A stretch of 64,000 bases of DNA, from contig CP068257.2 of the NCBI GenBank assembly GCA_009914755.4, positions 8,448,001 to 8,512,000 on the forward strand, in the 5' to 3' direction. Source of the DNA: the human T2T-CHM13v2.0 reference genome, Homo sapiens. This document shows, piece by piece, positions 56,890 to 64,000 of this stretch; positions within the stretch are counted from its first letter, which is position 1, and each line of letters opens with the position of its first letter. The position numbers and the translations under genes were made by a program. Below the pieces are notes generated by a model. It was not told the DNA's origin and did not search any database. It saw only the letters and a list, made by a program, of their open reading frames with translations.

Positions 56890-59800
56890 AAAACTGCTCA
56901 ATCAAAAGAAAGGTTCAACTCCGTGAGATGAATACACACATCACAAAGAAGTTTCTCAGAATTCTTCTGTCTCGTTTTTATGTGAAGATATTTCCTTTTC
57001 CACCATTGTTCTAAAAGCGCTCCAAATGTCCACTTGCAGATTCTACAAAAAGAGAGTTTCAAAACTGCTCAATGAAAAGAAAGATTTAACTCTGTGAGAT
57101 TAACGCACACATCAAACGGAAGTTTCTCAGATTGTTTCTGTCTAGATTTTATGTGAAGATATTTCGTTTTCTACCATAGGCAGCATAGCGCTCCAAATAT
57201 CCATCTGCAGATTGTACAAAAAGAGTGCTTCCAAACTGCTCAATCAAAGAAAGGTTCAACATTGTGAGATGAACTCACTCATCACAAAGAAGTTTCTCAG
57301 AATTATTCTGTCTGGTTTTTATGTGAAGATATTTCCTTTTCCACCATAGTCCTCAAAGCGCTCCAAATGACCACTTGCAGATACTACAAAAAGAAAGTTT
57401 CAAAACTCCTCAATCAAGAGAAAGTTTTAACACGGTGAGATGAATGCACACATCACAAAGTAGTTTCTCAGATTGCTTCTTTCTAGGTTTTATGTGAAGA
57501 TATTTCCTTTTCTACCATAGGCTTCAAAGCACTCCAAATGTCCACTTGAAGATTCTACAAAAAGAGACTTTCCAAACTGCTCATTCAAAAGAAAGGTTCA
57601 ACTCTGTGAGATGAATGCACACATCACAAAGAAGTTTCCCAGGATTCTTCTGTCTAGTTTTTATGTAAAGATATTTCCTTGTTTTTATGTAAAGATATTT
57701 CCTTTTCCACCATAAGCCTCAATGAATTTGAAATGTCCACTTGCAGATTCTACCAAAAGAGTATATCAATACTGTTCCATCAAAAGAATGTTTCAACTCT
57801 GGGAGATGAATTCACACATCACAAAGAAGTTTCTGAGAATGCTTCTGTCTAGTTTTTATGTGAAGGTATTTCCTTTTCCACCATTGGCCGCAAAGCGCTC
57901 CAAATGTCCACTTGCAGATTCTACAAAAAGAGAGTTTCAAAACTGCTCAATCAAAAGAAAGGTTTAATTCTGTGACATGAATGCACACATCAAAAGGAAT
58001 TTCTCAGATTTCTTCCTCTAGATTTTATGTGAAGATATTTCCTTTCCTATCATACGCCACAAAGCTCTCCAAATGTTCACTTGCAGATTCTTCAAAAAGA
58101 TTGTTTCCAAACTGCTCAATCAAAAGAAAGGTTCAACTCTGTGAGATGATCGCAAACATCACAAAGAAGTTTCTCAGAATTCTTCTGTCTAGTTTTTATG
58201 TGGAGATATTTCCTATTCCACCATAGGCCTCATGGCTCTCGAAAATTCTACTTGCAGATTCTACAAAAAGCATATTTCAAAACTGGTCTTTCAAAAGAGA
58301 GGTTCAACCCTGTGAGATGAATTCACACATCAGAAAGAAGTTTCTCAGAATGCTTCTGTCTAGTTTTTAAGTTAAGATATTTCCTTTTCGACCAGGGGCA
58401 TCAAAGTACTCCAAATGTCCACTTGCATATTCTACGAAAAGAGGGTTTCCAAACTGCTCAATCAAAACAATGGTTCAGCTCTGTGAGGTGAACGCACACA
58501 TCACCAAGAAGTTTCTCAGAATTCTTTTGACTAGTTTTTATGTGAAGATATTTCCTTTTCCACCATAGGCCTCAAAGCACGCCAAATGTAGACTTGTAGA
58601 TTCTACAAAAAGAGTTTCAAAACTGCTCAATCAAGGGAAAGGTTAAACAATGTGTGGTGAATGCACACATCACAAAGAAGTCTCAGATTGCTTCTGTCTA
58701 GATTTTATGTGATGATATTTCCTTTTCTACCGTAGGCCACAAAGCCCTCCAAATGTCTACTTGCAGATTCTACAAAAAGAGTGTTTTGAAACTGCTCAAT
58801 CAAAAGAAAGGTTCAACTGTGTGAGATTAACGCACACATCAGAAAGAAGTTTCTCAGAATTCTTCTGTCTAGTTTTCATGTGAAGGCATTTTCTTTTCCA
58901 CCATAGGCCTCAAGGCGCTCAAAATGTCCACTTGCAGATTCTACAAAAAGACAGTTTCAAATCTGCTCATTCAAAAGGAAGGTTTAACTCTGTAAGATGA
59001 GTACACGCATCACAAAGAAGTCTCTCAGAATTCCTCTGTCTAGATTTTATGTGAAGATATTTCCTGTTCTACCATAGGCTTCAAAGCATTCCATACGTCT
59101 ACTTGCAGATTCTACGAAAAGAGTGTTTCCAAACTGCTCAATCAAAAGAAAGGTTCAACTCTGTGAGATGAACGCACACATCACATAGAAGTTTATCAGA
59201 ATACATCTGTTTAGTTTTTATGTGAAGATATTTCCTTTTCCACCATAGGCTGCAAAACGCTCCAAATATCCGCTAGCAGATTCTACAAAAAGAGGGTTTC
59301 CGAACTGCTCAATCATAAAGAAAGGTTCAACTCTGTTAGATAAATGCAAGCATCACAAAGGAGTTTCTCAGAATTCTTCTGTCAAGTTTCAATTTGTAGA
59401 TATTTCCTTTTCCACCATAGACCTGAAAGGACTCAAAATGTCCACTTGCAGATTCTACAAAAAGAGACTTACAAAACTGCTTGATCAAAAGAATGTTTTA
59501 CTCTGTGAGATGAAAGCACACATCCCAAAGAAGTTTCTCAGAATAGTTCTGTCTAGTTTTTATGTGAAGATATTTCCTTTTCCACCATAGATCTAAAAGT
59601 GCTCCAAATGTCCACTTGCAGATTCTACAAAAAGAGTGTTTCAAAATTGCTCAATGAAAAGTAAGGTTCAACTTTGTGAGATGAATGCACACATCACAAA
59701 GAAGTTTCTCAGAATAATTCTGTCTGGTTTTTAGGTGAAGATATTTTCTTTTCCACCATAGCCCTCAAAGCACTCTAAATGTCCACTTGCAGATCCTACA

Positions 59801-62800
59801 AAAAGAGTTTTTCAAAACAGCTCAATCAAAAGAAAGTTTCAAGTCAGTGAGATGAATGCAAACGTCACAAAGAAGTTTTTCAAAATGCTTCTGTCTAGTT
59901 TTTCTGTGAAGATATTTGCTTTTCGACCATAGACCTCAAAGCGCTCCAAATGTCCAATTGCAGATTCTACAAAAAGAGTGTTTCAAAGCTGCTCAATCAA
60001 AAGAAAGGTCCAGCTCTGTGAGATGAATGTACACATCACAAAGTAGTTTGTCAGAATGCTTCTGTCTCGTTTTTATATGAGGGTATTTCCTTTTCCACCA
60101 TAGGCCTCAAAGCACTCTAAATGTCCTCTTGCAGATACTACAAAAAGGGTGTTTCAAAACTGCTCAATCAAAACTAAGGTTCAACTCTGGGAGATGAATG
60201 CACATATCACCATGAAGGTTGTCAGAATGCTTCTGTTTTTTATATGAAGATATATGAAGATATTTCCTTTTCCACCATGTGCGTCAAAGCCCTCAAAATG
60301 TCCACTTACAGATTCTCCAAAAAGAGTGTTTCAAAATTGCTCAATGAAAAGTAAGGTTCAACTCTGTGAGATGAATGCCCACATCACAAAGAAGTTTGTC
60401 AGAATGCTTCTGTCTAGTTTTTATGTGAAGATATTTCCTTTTTCGCCATAGTCCCCAAAGCGCTACAAATGACTACTTGCAGATTCTACAAAAAGAGTGT
60501 TTCAAAGTTGCTCAATCAAAAGGAAGTTTCAACTCTGAAAGATGAATGCATGCATAACAAAGAAGTTTGTCAGAAGATTTCTGTCTAGTTTTTATGTGAC
60601 GATACATCCATTTCCACCATAGGCCAGAAAGCGGTCCAATTGTCCACTTGCAGATTCTACAAAAAGAGTGTTTCAAATCTGCTCAATGAAAAGTAAGGTT
60701 CAAATCTTTGAGTTGAACGCACACATTGAAAAGAAGTTTGTCAGAATGCTTCTGTCTGTTCTGTATGTGAAGATGTTCCCTTTTCCACCATAGGCCTCAA
60801 AGTGCTCCAAATGTACACTTGCAGATTCTACAAAAAGAGTGTTTCAAAGCTCCTGAATCAAGGAAAGTTTCAATTCTTTGTGAGATGAATGCACACATCA
60901 CAAAGAAGTTTGTCAGAATGCTTCTGTCTAGTTTTTAAGTGAAGATATTTCCTTTTCCACCATAGGCCTCAAAGCACTCCAATTGTCCACTTGCAGATTT
61001 TACAAAAAGAGTGCTTCCAAAGTGCTCAATCAAAAGGGAGGTTCAACCCTGTAAGATGAATGCACACATCACAAAGAAGTTTCTCAGAATGGTTCTGTCC
61101 AATTTTTATGTGAAGATATTTCGTTTTCCACCATAGGCCTCAAAGCACTCCAAATGTCCACTTGCAGATTCTACAAAAAGAATGTTGCAAAGCTGCTCAA
61201 TCAAAAGAAAGTTTCAACACTTTGTGAGATGTATGCAGACATCACAAAAAGTTTATCATAATGCTTCTCTCTATTTATTATATGAAGATATTTCATTATC
61301 CACCATAGGCCTCAAAGAGCTCCAAATGTCCACTTTTAGATTCTACAAAAAGAGTGTTTCAAAACTGGACAATCAAAAGTAAGGTTCAACTCTGTGAGAT
61401 GATTGCACACATCACAAAGAAATTTCTCAGAATGCTTCTGTTTAGTTCTTATGTGAAGATATTTCCTTTTCCTCCATAAGCCTCAAAGCACTCCAAATGT
61501 CCACTTTCAAATAGCAGAAAAAGGATGTTTCAAAACTGCTCAATCAAAAGAAAGGTTCAACTCTGTGAGATGAATGCACATATCACAAATAAGGTTGTCA
61601 GAATACGTCTGTTTAGTTTTTATGTGAAGATATTTCCTTTTCCACCATTGGCCTCAAAGTGCTCCAAATGTTCACTTGCAGATTCTACATATAGGGTGTT
61701 CCAAAGCTGCTCAATCAAAAGAAAGTTTCAACTCTATGAGACGAATGCACATATCACAAAGACGTTTGTCAGAATGCTTCTGTGTAGTTTTCATGTGAAC
61801 ATATTTTCTTTTCTACCATAGGCCTCAAAGTGCTCCAAATGTCCACATGCAGATTCTATAAAATACTTTTTCAAAACTGCTCAATCAAAAGAAAGGTTCA
61901 AGTCAGTGAGATGAATGCAAACGTCACAAAGAAGTTTTTCAAAATGCTTCTGTCTAGTTTTATCTGAAGATATTCCTTTTCCACTGTAGGCCTCAAAGCG
62001 CTCGAAATGTCCAGTTGCAGATTCTACAAAAAGAGTGTTTCAAAGCTGCTCAATGAAAACAAAGGTCCAGCTCTGCGAGATAAATGCACACATCACAAAG
62101 AAGTTTGTCAGAATGCTTCTGTCTGGTTTATATGTGAAGATATTTCCTTTTCCACCATATGCCTCAAAGCACTCCAAATGTCCACTTGCAGACATTACAT
62201 AAAGGGTGTTTCAAAACTGCTCAATCAAAAGTAAGGTTCAACTCTGTGAGATGAATGCACATGTCACAAAGAAGGTTGTCACAATGCTTCTGTCTAGTTT
62301 TTATGAGAAGACATTTCCTTTTCCACCATCGGCCTCAAAGTGCTCCAAATGTCCAAATGCAGATTCAACAAAAAGAGTGTTTCAGAACTGCTGAATGAAA
62401 GGTAAGGTTCAACTCTGTGAGATAAATGCATACATCACAAAGAAGTTTGTCAGAATGCTTCTATCTAGGTTTTATGTGAAGATATTTACTTTTCCACCAT
62501 AGGCCTCAAAGCGCTCCAAATGTGCACTTGCAGATAGTACAAAAAGAGTATTTCAAAATTCTGAAGGAAAATTAAGTTTCAACTCTGAGAGATTAATGCA
62601 CACATCACAAAGATGTATGTCAGAATGCGTCTATCTGGTTTTTACGTGAAGATATTTCGTTATCCAACATAGGCCTCAAAGCACTCCAAATGTCCACTTG
62701 CAGATTTTACAAAAACAGTGCTTCAAAGCTGCTTAATCAAAATAAAGTTCAAATCTGTGAGATGAATGCACCCATCACAGAGAAATTTGTCAGAATGCTT

Positions 62801-64000
62801 CTGTATAGTTCTTATGTGAAGATATTTCTTTTCCACCAAAGCTCTCAAAGTACTCCAAATGTCCACTTGTGGATATTACCAAAAGGGTGCTTCAAAACTG
62901 CTCAATCAAAAGTAAGGTTCAACTCTGTGACATGAATGCACACATCACAAAGAAGTTTGTCAGAATGCTTTTGTCTAATTTTTATGTGGAGATATTTCCT
63001 TTTCCAACATAGGCCTCAAGTGCTTCAAATGTCCACTTGCAGATTCTACAAAAAATTGTTTTGAAACTGCTCAATTGAAGGTAAGGTTCAACTCGGTGAT
63101 GTGAATGCACACATTACAAAGAAGTTTGTCAGAATGCTTCTGTCTAGTTTTTATGTGAAGATATCTCCTTTTCAACCATAGGTCTCAAGCACTCCAAATG
63201 TCCACTTGCAGATTCTACAAAAAGAGTGCTTCAAAACTGCTCAATGAAAAGTAAGGTTCAATTCTGTGAGATGAATGCATGCATCACAAAAGAGTTTGTC
63301 AGAATACTTCTGTCTGGTTTTTATGTGATGATATTTCCTTTTCCACCAAAGGCCTCAAAGTGCTCCAAATATCCAATTGCAGATTATACAAAAAGAGTGT
63401 TTCAGAGCTGCTCAATCAAAAGAAAGGTTCCACTCTGTGAGACGACTGCACACATCACAAATAAGTGTGTCATAATGCTTCTGTCTAGTTATTATATGAA
63501 GATATTTCATTAACCACACCATAGGCCTCAAAGTGCAGCAAATGTCCACTTGCAGATTCTACAAAAAAGAGTGTTTCAAAACTGCTCAATCAAAAGTAAG
63601 GTTCAACTCTGTGAGATGAATGCACACATCACAAAGGAATTTCTCAGAATCTTTCTGCCTAGTTCTTATGTGAAGATATTTCCTTTTCCACCATAGGCCT
63701 CAAAACACTCCAAATGTCCACTTGCAGATTCTACAAAAAGAGGATTTCCAAACTGCTCAATCAAAAGAAAGGTTCGACTCTGTGAGCTGAAGACACACAT
63801 CACAAAGAAGTTTGTCAGAAAGCTTCTTTCTGTTTTTTATGTGAAAATATTTCCTTTTCCACCAAAGGCCTCAAAGCACTCCAAAGTCCAATTGCAGATG
63901 CTACAAAAAGAGTGTTTGAGAGCTGCTCAATCAAAAGAAAGGTTCCACTCTGTGAGACGAATGCACACATCATAAAGAAGTTTGTCATAATGCTTCTGTC

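Overview
No protein-coding gene or novel biological system is present in this window. It is primate (human or ape-type) pericentromeric satellite DNA, and every ORF in the supplied six-frame track is a satellite-periodicity artefact or a decayed LINE-1 reading frame. This call rests on ~171-bp alpha-satellite monomers, a 12.3-kb (CATTC)n/(GAATG)n HSat3-type array, four LINE-1 insertions and one young AluY.

Layout, left to right. 'M-type', 'D-type' and 'C-type' are my own ad hoc labels for the alpha-satellite monomer classes I can distinguish by eye.
- 1-397: L1 3' fragment on the minus strand, running off the left edge.
- 398-8450: alpha satellite in consensus (+) orientation. It is a divergent 'M-type' (AAAACTACACAGAAGCATTCTGAGAAAC) up to ~8160, then a dimeric 'D-type' (CTAGACAGAAGCAATCTGAG alternating with CTAGACAGAAGAATTCTGAG). 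A 1.38-kb L1 with target-site duplication (TSD) sits at 3893-5275.
- 8451-31560: alpha satellite in reverse (-) orientation, with the orientation switch at 8450/8451. It contains an ~11-monomer higher-order periodicity (~9400-14060) cut by a twin-primed L1 (14060-16360), and a 5.26-kb near-full-length but decayed L1 (23141-28398). Over the last ~2.5 kb it becomes a more homogeneous monomeric 'C-type'.
- 31561-43860: (CATTC)n HSat3-like pentameric satellite carrying an antisense ~75-bp Alu 3'-end fragment at least 24 times. This is a composite satellite unit.
- 43861-53627: alpha (+) again, M-type to ~49800, then a clean A/B dimeric array.
- 53628-64000: alpha (-), with the second orientation switch at 53627/53628. 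It holds an AluY (56564-56875, minus strand, perfect 14-bp TSD), a high-identity block duplicated 2.4 kb apart, and C-type monomers at the right end.

The order M(+) > D(+) > inversion > D(-) > C(-) occurs on both sides of the HSat block, with clearly paralogous M>D transition sequences. This points to a large duplicated composite unit.

No intact CENP-B box was found. Monomers carry the pJalpha-type motif TTCCTTTTCCACCATAG instead, which fits divergent pericentromeric alpha rather than an active centromere core.

All coordinates are read by eye from the printed sequence and carry roughly +/-5 bp uncertainty. No database search or alignment could be run.
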